A stretch of DNA of 63,770 bases, the filler included, from Hyphochytrium catenoides (taxonomy: Eukaryota; Protista; Hyphochytriomycota), in the NCBI GenBank assembly GCA_900088475.1. It is 15 parts of 15 records of this genome, joined end to end, with 100 filler letters (N's around TTAATTAATTAA, not from the genome) between each part and the next. Parts side by side here need not be neighbours in the genome. Positions count along the whole stretch, not along the records: positions 12,103 to 15,674 come from FLMG01000307.1; positions 15,775 to 19,106 come from FLMG01001562.1; positions 19,207 to 21,438 come from FLMG01003448.1; positions 21,539 to 23,496 come from FLMG01002221.1; 11 more parts are not named here. One strand, written 5' to 3'. Made by a program: the position numbers and the translations under genes. The notes below the pieces were generated by a model. The model searched no databases, was not told the DNA's origin, and saw nothing but the letters and a program-made list of their open reading frames with translations. How positions within the stretch are numbered: the first letter of the stretch is position 1; each line of letters opens with the position of its first letter. Positions 12,179 to 23,480 of this stretch are shown one piece after another.

Positions 12179-14180
12179 TTTGGGATCTTCTTTCTTGCGG
12201 GTCTACTGCACGGAGAGCTCCACCATGTCCTACTTACCGCTGTCCAGGTAATCGCTCTCACCCTCCTCTCTCATTTTTTCCTCTTTCTCTCCCTTTCGTA
12301 TTTCTCTTTCTCTCTCTCTGCGCGACGATCTTCTCTACTTCTCTCAGTGAAAGCGTTACGCCATCTCCCTTACTTTGTCCGGAGTATCTCTCTCCCTCTC
12401 TCTCTCTTTGTGTCCTCTTTCTCTCTCTCTATCTGTAGTGCTTACGGCATTCTGGACCTCCGTCTTGTCATACTGTCTCCTTACTTCAGTTTTCTCTTTC
12501 TCCTCTCTCCCTCTCTCTCTCTCTCTAACTCTCTCTCTCTCTCTAACTCTCTCTCTCTCTAACTCTCTCTCTCNNNNNNNNNNNNNNNNNNNNNNNNNNN
12601 NNNNNNNNNNNCTCTCTCTCTCTCTCTTTATCTCTCCAGTACTTTGTCCTTCTTCCTTCTTTTGTGAACATCATGGGCGTCTACTCTTTCTCCAACCTTC
12701 ACGACCTCTCCTGGGGCACTAAAGGCCTCGAAGGTGGCGCTCCAGAGGGAGAGGGAGGGCACCCGCCGCCTCCTCCAGTCAAGAGAGAAGGAGAGAAAGA
12801 CGGAGGAGAGAGAAAGGGAGAAAGAGGACAAGAGAATAAGAGCAATGCCGGGAAAGGTAAGAGAGGGCAGCAGGGGAACCGAAAAAAGAAAGAAAGAGAG
12901 AGAGAGAAAAAGAAACAGGAGAGAGAGAGACCGCAAAAGCCCAACAAGTCTCGTCCTTGTAGTCCTCGTCTCTCTCGCTCTTGGCTCCCCTTCTAGTTGT
13001 TTACTTCTCTCTCTCTGTCTCTCTTTCCTTCTTTTTTTCGCTCTTTCTCTCTCTTGTCTCTCCCATCCGGCTTGCCGTCTGCTGATCTCACTTGCTTCTC
13101 CTCCTTCTTTTTCCTCTTCGCGCTCTCTCTCTCTCTCTCTCCTCCGCGCCAATCTTATAAATTGGTCATCTCTCTCTTTCATTTTTTTTTTGTTGTTCCT
13201 CTATCGCTCTTTCTCCTACCGTCTCTTTTTTCCTTCTTGCTTCTCCTCTCCCGCTATTTCTCCTTATCATTTCTATTCCTCTCTCTTTCTTTCCTATTTC
13301 TTACTCTCTCTCTCTTCTCTCCCTTTGTCTGTCTCTGCCTGTCTCTCTCTCGCTCCCGTCGTGGTCTCCTCTCCTGCTGCCTTCCCCTTTCTCGACTCTT
13401 CATCCTTCATCTCTCCCTCTCGCTCTCTCGCTCGCTCTCTCTCTCCCTCTCTCTCTCTCTCTTGTTCTCTCGCTTTTTTCTCTCCCCCTACCATCAGAAG
13501 AGAGAGGTGCCGTAGCGGACTTGGTAGAGCAGAAGAAGAGAGAAGAGGCAGCCAAGTCTCTCTCTCTCCAGGCAGAGCAGCAACTGAAAGACAACTTCCA
13601 GCTCTTCCGCTCCTGCTGGCTCATGCTCTTCGTCGCGTCGAACGGCCTCTGGGTCTGGTTATGTGCGCTCTATGTGGGACCAGGGTGGTTCCTCTTCTTC
13701 TCTACAGCTTCCGTGGTGGTCTTTAACACAATTAGGTGCGCCCCTTTGGGTTTAACGCTTAGGTTCTCCTTTGTTATCTTTACCTGTTGCCTCTTTCTCT
13801 TCCTCTCGCTCTCTCTCTCTCTCTTCCTCTCATTCCATCCTTGTGTTCGGTTATTACTCTCTCTGTTTCTGTCTGCTGCGCTATTTTGTTCCTCTACGTC
13901 CTAACGTTTTCTCCTCTCTCTCCCTCGTTGTCTCTCTCTCTCTTCTAGGATGATTGGCTCTACCCTCTTCCTCCTCTCTCGCGCCCTGCGCTCTGACGCT
14001 CTTATGCACATCTCTAAACCTGCCGGATACGAGAAAAAGAAGAAAGAGAAGAGAAAGAGCAAGAGAGAGAAAGACGGACCAGCAAAGAAAGAGAGAGACA
14101 CAACCAAAGAAGAGACGCCTGTGAACGTCTACACGCCTCCGCAGAGAAATAGCGTCGTTGTCCAGGAGCTAGATCCTTAG
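12179..14180 (+). CDS. CHS: Chitin synthase, 3' part (exons ~12179-12247, 12640-12857, 13498-13735, 13949-14180); 5' part outside the scaffold
   Basis: LLHGE...[30 protein letters not shown] is the chitin-synthase HD(V/L)SWGTKG motif. C-terminal F..FRS..L....N and FN..R..GS TM block. Splice phases are consistent. Confidence 0.88.
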
Positions 14181-15039
14181 GAGGAACCGCAGGAGAGACC
14201 AGCGAATGGTGGGAAAGAGAGAGAGAGAATCATTTCTTATTATTAAGTTCTCTCTCTTTCCCCTGTTCCTCTTCCTCGCTCCCTGTCACATTGCTTACTA
14301 GACGTGCAACCGAGAGAGGTAGAGAGAAAGAAAGAGAGGAGAGACAGCAGGAGAGATAGGAAAGAGAGAGAGAGAGAGAGTAAAGCGTACGGAAGACCGG
14401 ATGGACACAGAGATAGAAGGGGAAGGAGAGAAGACTGTAGGAGGGGGTCAGTAGTCCAAAGGGAAGAGAGAGAGGGAGAAAATGCAAGGAGAGAGTGTAT
14501 GCAAATACGGAAAGAAAAGATATGAGAAGGGGAGCGAAAGGGAGAGACAGAGGGCGAGAGAGAGAGAGACATGGGGGGAGAGGGGGAGAGAGAGGGAGAG
14601 AGTGTGACAGAGAGAGGGAGAGAGAGAGTAGGAAAGAGAGAGTGGGAGAGAAAGAGAGAGCGAGAAAGAGAGATGGGGAGAGAGAGCGCGAGAAAGAGAG
14701 AGAAAGAAAGAGAGAGAGAAGAGAGAAATGGCGGGGAGGAAGAAAGAGTATACACTAGCTGATGGCCACCTTGCAACGTGGAACAAGAGAGAGAGAGAGG
14801 TTGCTGTCCGCCTAACTTGGGAGTGCGCGGAGCTAAAGAAGCACGAAGCGCGGGAGAGAGAGGACACGTACGTGACAGCTGGAAAGGGTCAGGAAAGCAG
14901 GAAAACAGTCTTTGCTCTTGGCAGGCAACATCTATCGGCGTATTTAGAGACAGAAAGAGATCATCATAGAGACGCAGAAAGGCAGGAGCAACAACCAGAA
15001 GAAGACGTTTGATTGATTGCTCTTTCTGCCGCGCGGTTC

Positions 15040-15374
15040 CGTCCGCTGGAGAAGCTAACGAAATACACCGACGTGACAGCTGCTTACTGCTGGAGCGCCG
15101 TCGACGCAGCAGCAGCGGAGGAGAAGAAGTAAATGACTGGGAGAGGGTGCGGCAATGGACTGGTATAAGCTGTACTAGGTCAAGGATGATTGAAGATCAC
15201 TGATGGCGAACGGACCGGAGAGAGGAACGTAGCAGTCAGCCAGCAGGACGTCCGCTGGAGAAGCTAACGAAATAGACCGACGTGACAGCTACTTACTGCT
15301 GGAGCACCGTCGAAGCAGCAGCACCGAAGTATAAGCTGTACTAGGTCAAGGATGATTGAAGATCACTGATGGCG
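15040..15374. repeat. Local direct duplication (15040-15208 and 15249-15374; the second copy lacks ~45 nt), with a partial third piece near 15514
   Basis: CGTCCGCTGGAGAAGCTAACGAAATA... and GTATAAGCTGTACTAGGTCAAGGATGATTGAAGATCACTGATGGCG each occur twice. Confidence 0.9.
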
Positions 15375-16074
15375 GCATCAGGCTCTCAGGCATAGCGCGT
15401 TAGAGAGTAGCTCTAACACATGTGGCGTGTGGGAGAGAGGAAGGAGCGTTGGAGACCCAGACAGAAGATGTCAATGAGAAGAAGGCCAGGCAGGTAGCTC
15501 ATCAGGACGGGAGGAGGAACGTAGCCGGTCAGCCAGCAGCCAGCAGGCCCTGACGATGATGATTGATGATGGATGATGGGCACAGTGGCTCCTGTGATCA
15601 GGGAAAAACTGTTCCCTCCCACATCCAAATGTACTTTTATTTAGTTACTGGTTGGAGAAACTAAAAAGCGGAGANNNNNNNNNNNNNNNNNNNNNNNNNN
15701 NNNNNNNNNNNNNNNNNNTTAATTAATTAANNNNNNNNNNNNNNNNNNNNNNNNNNNNNNNNNNNNNNNNNNNNCTGTCCCATACCTGCAGGGAGTAAAG
15801 GACCCAGACAGGAAGCAACCGCGAGAGAGGAATCTTTAGCGAAAGTATAGGAAAAGAAGTGACAATGAACAAAGGCTAGACTAGATGACAATAATAGAGA
15901 GATCCACATAGCTAGCTGTTTCTTGACAGAAAGGTGAAGACGAGGAGGAGAGCAAGAAAAATGTAGCCAAGGTGAGCAGAGCATTAGAGATTGAGACTAA
16001 GCTTGTGGCCAGCTTTTCTTCTCACTATAGGCAGTTCCCCTTCTTCCCATTCTCCTCTTCTAATGACAGCTGGC

Positions 16075-18014
16075 TTACATTGTTACAAGTTCTACAATAG
16101 AGGCGAGGATGCTGAGTCCAATGGTAATGCTCTGCCCGATGTACGCATTGTCTACCATTTCTATGAGGTAAGCAGCCACATAACCCAGCAAAGGCCCTGC
16201 AGCACCAGCTCCCTAACCCAATGCAGAGTGGCAGGAGCGATAGGGCAGTCAGACATAGAGTTAGACAGAGGATACAACAGAGCACAGAGGATAAGTCGAG
16301 AGAGGCAGCGAGGTCTATCACTTTCCTCATATCATACAGGAGAGTAGCTGGTAAAATAAGTACATTAAGAAAGAGTGAAGAAAGAAAGCAAAGAGCAAAA
16401 GGCAGTAGATGTAGAGAGGCGCCGTCAGCTAGGGATGAGAAGGGCTGGCTACATGGAAGTCAAGCAGAGGCAGACAGAGAGAGAGACGAACAAAGAGAGA
16501 CAGCACGAGAGAGACAGACAACATACAGGAGCGACAACACGAAGAGGAAGAGTGCCCACACACCATGGCAAGCAGCACTCCAAAACTAGCAATGATGACA
16601 AGATGAGTTCGGTCCGATTCTGTCAGTTTATGATACCGCGAGCTTCCCGGCCTGAAGAATGTTAGGATCAAAAGTGTCAGGCTGAAAGCTAACCAGGAGA
16701 GCTGTCGCAGACTGCGATACCTCTCTTGCGGAGTTATCTTGCTCTTCACCTTCTTCTTTCTGTTTTTCAAGGTAAGGCTTTGATGGACATAGCGGAGGAA
16801 CTTCACCCCCATCCTCTCCAGAGAGCCCAAGCGATTGATGATGTGATTTTGCGCTTCCTCTTTGTAGTTTGTGATGACCAGAGGGAGAGAGTGATGAGAG
16901 GCAAAGAGGATAAAGATGCAATATAGTGAGAGATAAAGAGCCAGCACTAAAGATACATAGCTTGGGCTACGGGCTGAAAGAAGAGAAAGAAACTTCGAAT
17001 GAGGATGGGGAGTGGGGAAGCAACAAGGGAAGAGAGAGAGAAAGAGAGAGAAGTACCGACTCACCACTGATGGAGGAGTCACTGGGCAGCATGAAGGATG
17101 GTAGGTTGCCGAGGTTATCGATCAGATACTCGTGCTCCTTCTCCAGCACGCCCTCCTTTATTGTCGCTGATAGAAATTCTCCCCAGCTAATGATCTCGTT
17201 TCCGTCCACGTTAAGGAGAGAAATGACTCTCTCTACCTCGTCATCTTTGATACCTTTCCCGAGCTCTATCAGACGCCCACGAAGCTCCTGCATTTGGCCC
17301 AAACAAAAGGTGAAGCAGGCAGGGGAGGAACAAGAGACAATTGGGTTGAGACCGCACCCCGTAGACGCTTAAGAGTGCACGGCCCTCGCGGTAAGAGATT
17401 GGAGTAAAGAAGGAAAAAGCTTGCTTGCTGACTCGTACAAGGACTTAGAAGTTATATGTCATATCAAGAAAAGAAATGCATGGGAACAGCCAAGAGGAGG
17501 GCATGAGGAAGGAGGCAGCTAAGCTTAGGTTAACTGAGACAGCCGAAAAAGAAGGAAGAGTGGCGACGAGAATTGGTAGAGAGAAGTGAGTCCACGTTGA
17601 TCGAGAGGAAGGCTTGGAGAAGATTAAGAGTTAGAATGACCGAGAGTGGACATCGAAGTCAGCACCTGGCAGCTGATATTGCCGCTGTTATCAAAGTCAA
17701 CAATGCGGTAGATTCTCTTCATCCGCGTTGCCTTGCCAATGTTTAGGCTGATCAGGTCCGAGACAGAGGCGGGACAGGACGATTGGAGGATGGCTTCCAA
17801 CACTGGGAGGACCTCTTCGGCGCTGATATGACCTTCTGACTCATTTCGGTCAAATAGCTGAAAGATCTGTTCGGAAGATGCAGATAAAGGATAACGAGAG
17901 AAGAGAGGGTAAAGGTTAATAAGTGAGTGAGGCCGTAGGGGAGAGACCAGAGACAGAGAGACAGAGAGAGAGAGAGAGACAGAGAGACAGAGAGAGGGTG
18001 GGAGAGAGAGATCG

Positions 18015-18053
<39 letters not shown>

Positions 18054-18398
18054 GGAGAGGGGGAGAGGGAGAGGACTTGGAGAAAACGTCCGTTGCGCTT
18101 GAGCTTGTTTATGGGACGGCCTATGAACGAAAAAAAGAAGAGCGCCCAGCCAAAAGGAGAACGAGGATAGACGGTTTGCACCTACATGGCGTGGAGAGTA
18201 ATCTTCTATCTTGAGAACCAAGAAAACGAGAGAGAGCTCCTCAAGAGAGAGAAGGTCGTCTCCTTTGATGTTGCAGATCTTCAAGGCGTGGTGGGCGTGT
18301 AAACGAAACTCTTTATAGAGACTTTCAGCCAGGCGGAGGGAGGGCCCGCAGCCTCCGAAGGGAAAAATGGAAGAGCGGTGGCGGCGGGCATCATCCAT
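16075..18398 (-). CDS. Multi-exon EF-hand protein with C-terminal hydrophobic segments (exon boundaries partly uncertain)
   Basis: EF-hand-like loops IFQLFDRNESEGHISAEE, IVDFDNSGNISCQE and LLNVDGNEIISWGEF. Downstream exons encode WLAFSLTLLILTFF, LVIIASFGVLLAM and ITIGLSILASIVELV. Confidence 0.6.
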
Positions 18399-19206
18399 CC
18401 TCCTCTCCCTACGTCTCCCTCTTACCTCTCTCTCCCTATTGCCCTCTGTCTCTTTCGTCTCTTGTCCTTCCTATTTCAGAAGGGATGGCCAAGCTGGATC
18501 TCCTCCTCTTAGTCTCACATCTTTCTTTCATCAAGCGAGGAGGCCTACGAAGAATTCTTCAAGGGATCTGACCAAGGTGCTGCTGGAGCTGTCATGCTAA
18601 CTAGACCTCTTTCTCCTCCACTGTCTCTCCTCTTTTATTCTCACCAGCTCGGTCCTACGGGCTCAGCTGACCTGGCAAAGCTTGCGGGTAAGAACAAGAA
18701 GCTGCCACAATTTGGCGCGACAGACGACAGGAAGTCATGTCATCACGCATCATCGGCTCCATCCCTCCATAGCCGAGGGAGAAGAAGAAGAGAGAGACTG
18801 TATGCTGGCAGAAAGGGCACCAGGCTCTGGATTGTAGAAGATATCGGCAGGCGAGAGCGAGCGACAGATTTGGATGGAGAGGAAAGGAAATAGACGTTTC
18901 AAGCAGGTCAGTAAGTGCGGAAGAGGCAAGACAAAGGAGCATGCAGTAGACAGTGAGTGGAAAGAGCGTACATCGAGGCAGACAAAAAGATATCTCCTCC
19001 CCACAGAGAAGAAGATGAGGACAAGAGGATAAGAAGAGAAAACGCATAGCATAGCAAGCGAGCGGGAAGGCAGAGGCTGAAGGAGAGAGAGAGAAAGAGA
19101 GAGAGANNNNNNNNNNNNNNNNNNNNNNNNNNNNNNNNNNNNNNNNNNNNTTAATTAATTAANNNNNNNNNNNNNNNNNNNNNNNNNNNNNNNNNNNNNN
19201 NNNNNN

Positions 19207-20169
19207 GATCTAGGGGAGTTAGAATATTACTTGGGCATCCAAGTAAAGCGGGATGGAGCTGCTAGGAAGATTTACCTTCGGCAGTCGAAGTATACTACCG
19301 AGATCTTGGAGCGCTTCAACCTACTTGATGCCTACCCCAATCCTATCCCAGCGATACCTAAGACGACGTACTTGCCCAAAGCTTCTACCATTCCTCTTTC
19401 TGATGATGGCGCTGACCGGTTGGCTCGCACCCCTTACCGTCAAGCAGTGGGCTCCTTGCTGTACGTCATGGTGTGCACGCGGCCTGATATCGCTTATGCG
19501 GTACAAGCTGTGAGCCAACACGTCACTGACTTCCGCCACGTTCACTGGGAGGCTGTCAAACGTATCTTCACCTACCTGAAGGCCACCCAAGACTACTCCT
19601 TGTGTCTAGGGGGAGATACCCCTATCCAACTCGTTGTTGTCCAGGCTGATGCTGATTGGGCTAGTGACCCAGCTGACCGCAAGTCTATCACCGGCTATTT
19701 CTTGAGCCTCAACGGAGGTGGTTTTGCATGGAAGTCAAAGAAACAATCTCTCAGAGCGTCGTCAATCACGGAAGCGGAGTGCGTCTCTCTTTGGTCCGCA
19801 AGCCAGGTCGCAGAGCACTTCAGTGTGTTCCTTGGCGAGCCTGGCTTCTCCAACCAGCTGCCCATCCCTGTTAATCAGGACAACCAAAGCGCAATTGTCC
19901 TCTGCTCCTCTTCACGACCAAAGTCAAAGACTTTAGATGTCAAGCACTGCGTCCCGCAAGAGAAGGTCGCCAATGGGAAAATTAAGCTGGTCTATACTCC
20001 CTCTACAGCTATTATGGTAGCCGATTGCCTCACCAAGCCTTTACCTGCTCCTCTCTTTCGGACACTGCGTCCTCACCTTGGAGTGCTCCCTCCTAGTGTC
20101 AGTACTCTTGCCACTACTACCCACCTAGCTTCGTCTGAGGGGGAGAGAGTGAGTGAGAGCGACAATTAG
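19207..20169 (+). mobile_element. pol: Ty1/copia pol 3' end (RT C-terminus and RNase H), LTR family A
   Basis: DLGELEYYLGIQV, PYRQAVGSLLY, TRPDIAYAV, ADADWA..DRKSITG, TEAEC, DNQSAI, ADCLTKPL. Confidence 0.93.
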
Positions 20170-20226
20170 GTGAGTTAATTCGACCCTCACCACTGATGAT
20201 CCAGAGAAGCTAGGTATGAGGGGGAG

Positions 20227-20565
20227 TGTTGAGTGCTACTGTGTTCGTTGTCAGTAGTACAGTAGTCACTCTCTATACACACCTAGCTCTCAGGGACATA
20301 GACGTTACGGGTACACCAGTGTTATGGGAAAGAGGGATGTGAGAAGAATTTCCAGAAGAACACAGGAGCAGCAGAGGAGAGATAGATGATGAGGGAAGCT
20401 GGGCCGAGGAAAAGATCTCGAGTCCAGACCAGGCTCTCAGGAATGAGTGATCATTCCGAGAAATCTCCACACACATCAAAACCAAGTCCCTTTGTTATCA
20501 TTGCATCTAGATTGTGCTCATACAGAAGCTTCAGGCATTGCCACCCATCTCTGTAAAGTTCATCA
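20227..20565 (+). mobile_element. 3' LTR, family A (339 bp, TGTTGAG...CATCA), preceded by a polypurine tract
   Basis: PPT GAGGGGGAG immediately upstream, TG...CA ends, near-identical reverse-complement copy at 53778-54115. Confidence 0.9.
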
Positions 20566-21189
20566 GAGAGGAAGTCCCTAGGACGTACAGGTGGCTCACT
20601 ATAGAGCCAAAGGAGGGAGGGAGGCTTTGGAGAATCGAAGAGATCAGGATTGTCTCATAAATGTCCTGCTGGTTCTCTTTCTTCTTTCTCCTTTCGAAGA
20701 TAGGCTTTAGAGCCTCTGTCCTCTGTTTCAGGGTGGTCATCAGGTGGGATCTCAGAGAGGTGGTGCCTCCAGAATCAAACCTGGAGTTGGTGATCTCCTG
20801 AAGACGCCTGAGGACGTTGTCCCCTCCCTTTCCATCCATCTGCTCCTGTAGTTTGAGCCATCCCGCGTACGCTGATCTTGCCCTTCCAGCAGCGACAGGA
20901 GCTCATCAGAGACTAGGGGAACCAGTTTGTTGATCGTCTTCCGATCAATCTTCTTCCGGTTCTTCTTGCTTGTCTCTGTGAAATTCTTACTGGTGAGCGG
21001 GTCTTTGCCATCAGCCAGCAGTGTCTGACTCTCATCCTCGATGTAAACGAGGAGGTCTAACTCATCCAGGTAACTTCGAACCCGGCTTGACCAGATAGAA
21101 TACTGGTCCTTGCTGTGTAGAACAGCGATGTTGTGCGGATGAACTCCGCCTTCCTTTGACGTCATTGTTGGATGTGACAGGATCGTCAC
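20566..21189 (-). mobile_element. gag: Copia gag 5' portion (frameshifted), interrupted at 20566 by the plus-strand element
   Basis: YSIWSSRVRSYLDELDL (copia gag N-terminus) and ILQSLPPSFGSIVSHL (UBN2-like). It follows the PBS and 5' LTR on the minus strand. Confidence 0.8.
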
Positions 21190-21259
21190 TCTAGCAGCTC
21201 AAGTGAGAAGAGGAGAAGCAACAGTCACGACCAACTGCGAGTGTGGGCCTAACATAACC

Positions 21260-21410
21260 TGATGAACTTTACAGAGATGGGTGGCAATGCCTGAAGCTTC
21301 TATATGAGCACAATCTAGATGAAACGATAACGAAGGGACCTTGGTATTGATCTGTGATGGAGATTTCTATGCTCTCAGTCCTGAGAGCTATATGGACTAC
21401 AAGCTGGCAA
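21260..21410 (-). mobile_element. Diverged 3' part of a 5' LTR, family A, followed by a PBS-like GGTTATGTTAGGCCC (minus strand, ~21245-21259)
   Basis: TGATGAACTTTACAGAGATGGGTGGCAATGCCTGAAGCTTC is the reverse complement of the LTR end at 20565. Confidence 0.8.
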
Positions 21411-21538
21411 GCTTAACTACCCAAGTTTCAGCTCTAAANNNNNNNNNNNNNNNNNNNNNNNNNNNNNNNNNNNNNNNNNNNNTTAATTAATTAANNNNNN
21501 NNNNNNNNNNNNNNNNNNNNNNNNNNNNNNNNNNNNNN

Positions 21539-22968
21539 CGTCCAACTCCGCGCTGAAGCAGTCTCCAATCTTCTTCATCGCGTTAAGCTCCAGGAGCAAC
21601 TGGCAGAGTCCAGGAACGAGGGCAGTTTCTGAAGGAAAGAACAGGCGCGGCTCTGGTGTGCTAGCAAAGAGAAGAGAGACTTCCATGATATCAACACGGC
21701 TCTCTCTCTCTCCTCGTTGAGAGCGAGACGTTAGCTTAGCGATGTGCACCGCGACAGGAAAGTCTTTCCCGAGAGAGAGAGAGGCGGCTGCCCAGAGGCG
21801 GAGAGATCGATGAAGAAGGCGGACGCGATGTGATTGGAACCACATGGAAGAGGCAGGAAAGAACTGGACAGAGACTTCTGTTCCAGGAAGAACGTCGAAG
21901 AGTTCTTCGAGGAAGAGATGTTCTCTCTCCAGAGGAACTGGATGGTCATCTTCTGGACTGTGGAGTGAGAGAGAGAGTGGGGGAGAAAGAGAAAAAGAGA
22001 GAGAGAATGAGGGAGAGAGAGGCAGACAGAGAATTACGGGAGAATTAGTGAAATGAGGAGGAGAGAAGCAAGAGCTCCTGCTGGCGACGCAGGCAGGAGC
22101 TTGAGGGAACAATCAAAGGCAGGAAGAAAGAGGCTAAAGCTCTCCGGGATCAAGAATCTCAGAGTATCCGTGTTTGAAGAGGGAGAGAGAGCGCGAGAAG
22201 AAAAGGGATAGAGGAATTCGCGGAGAAAGAGAGAGAGAGGGGAAGTGCTAAGAGAGGACCAGCAAAAAGAGCGAGGGAGAGAGACAGAGGGAGACAGAAG
22301 CAGAGAAGAGAGAGAGAGCAAAAAAGTGACACAGAGAGAGAGAAAGAGACACAGAGAGAGAGAGAGAGAGAGAGAGGAAATAATGGAGAGAGAGAGAGAA
22401 GAGAGAGAGAGACTCACAGTTGGTCCTGCACCAGATTGTTGAAGATTCTAAGGATGTGGGTCCGGTTGTGCAGCTGACAGAGATGCGGGAGAGACGCCAC
22501 CATGTCCATCCCTAGCTCCAGATCCTCCTGCGCCTCCAGTTCTGGGTAGAGAGAGAGAGAAAGAGAGCCACGCCCTTCGTAGAGAGGAACGCTACGCGAG
22601 AGCCTGTTGGACTGCAGGAAGAGAGCCATCCGAGAGAGAGTTTCTTGCTCTTCCGGAGAGTTCAACGGAGAGAAGGAACACTTCCCTGTCAATGGGAAGG
22701 GTAAAGATGTTAAGAACAAAAGGAAGTCGTTGGAATCTTGGTAGGGAGAGAGAGATAGAGAGTCAGAGAGGGAAAGAGGAGACAGAGAGAGAAAAGACGA
22801 GAGAGAGAAAGAGAGAAAAATAGGACAGCAAAGGAGGAAGAACTAAAAAGACACCAGAAAAGAAGGCCGTGCCTCCGAGGAATTGCTGTTCAAACATACG
22901 AGGAAAGGAGTAAATGAGTCTAAAGACCTGTGAATGAAGCGACAGAATACAGAGAGAGAAAGAGAGAC

Positions 22969-23024
<56 letters not shown>

Positions 23025-23480
23025 CAAGAGCAACTGCGACGAGAGCGGGAGCAAATTGTGCATAACAATGGAACAAACACACATCGAGAAAAGGAAGATA
23101 CGACGAGAAGAGAGACAAAAGAGAGAGAGAGAGAGAAAGAGAGAGAATGAGAGAGTCTGATGGAGAGCCAGAGCGCAGACCTTGAGCATTGCAGGTATTT
23201 GCTACCGCTTGGCGGGCCCAAAGGATGAATAAAAGAAAGAAAGAGATGTGGGCCGTCCACTTCTGTGGGAGCTGCTGTTCCAAGCTAAGACGCGTCATTC
23301 TCTCTGTCTCTTTGACTTCTCTCCTGTCCTCTCTCTCTCTCACCCTTTCTTCGTCTTCCTCTGTCTGCTCAGGGCTCGCGCTGATGATTTCACTTTGTAG
23401 ATGATGGGCTTCCTCCTTCTTTTCCGTCTTTTCTGGAGCGGTGAGATCTTTTGCTCTCTCTTGCTTTGCGATGGTAGCTT
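21539..23480 (-). CDS. Internal exons of an unidentified protein (approx. 23181-23480, 22418-22685, 21539-21953)
   Basis: Complex-composition open frames bounded by CT-rich introns with AG/GT ends. No recognisable family motif. Confidence 0.45.

Noticed and set aside
15180-15372. C/D-box snoRNAs at GATGATTGA...CTGA
   Set aside because: Box C is imperfect, the boxes are only ~10 nt apart, and wobble polarity favours the other strand.
20227-21410. Novel retroelement with inverted LTRs (DIRS-like)
   Set aside because: Pol is plain copia with no tyrosine recombinase, and gag is cut exactly at the LTR end, so nested insertion is the simpler explanation.
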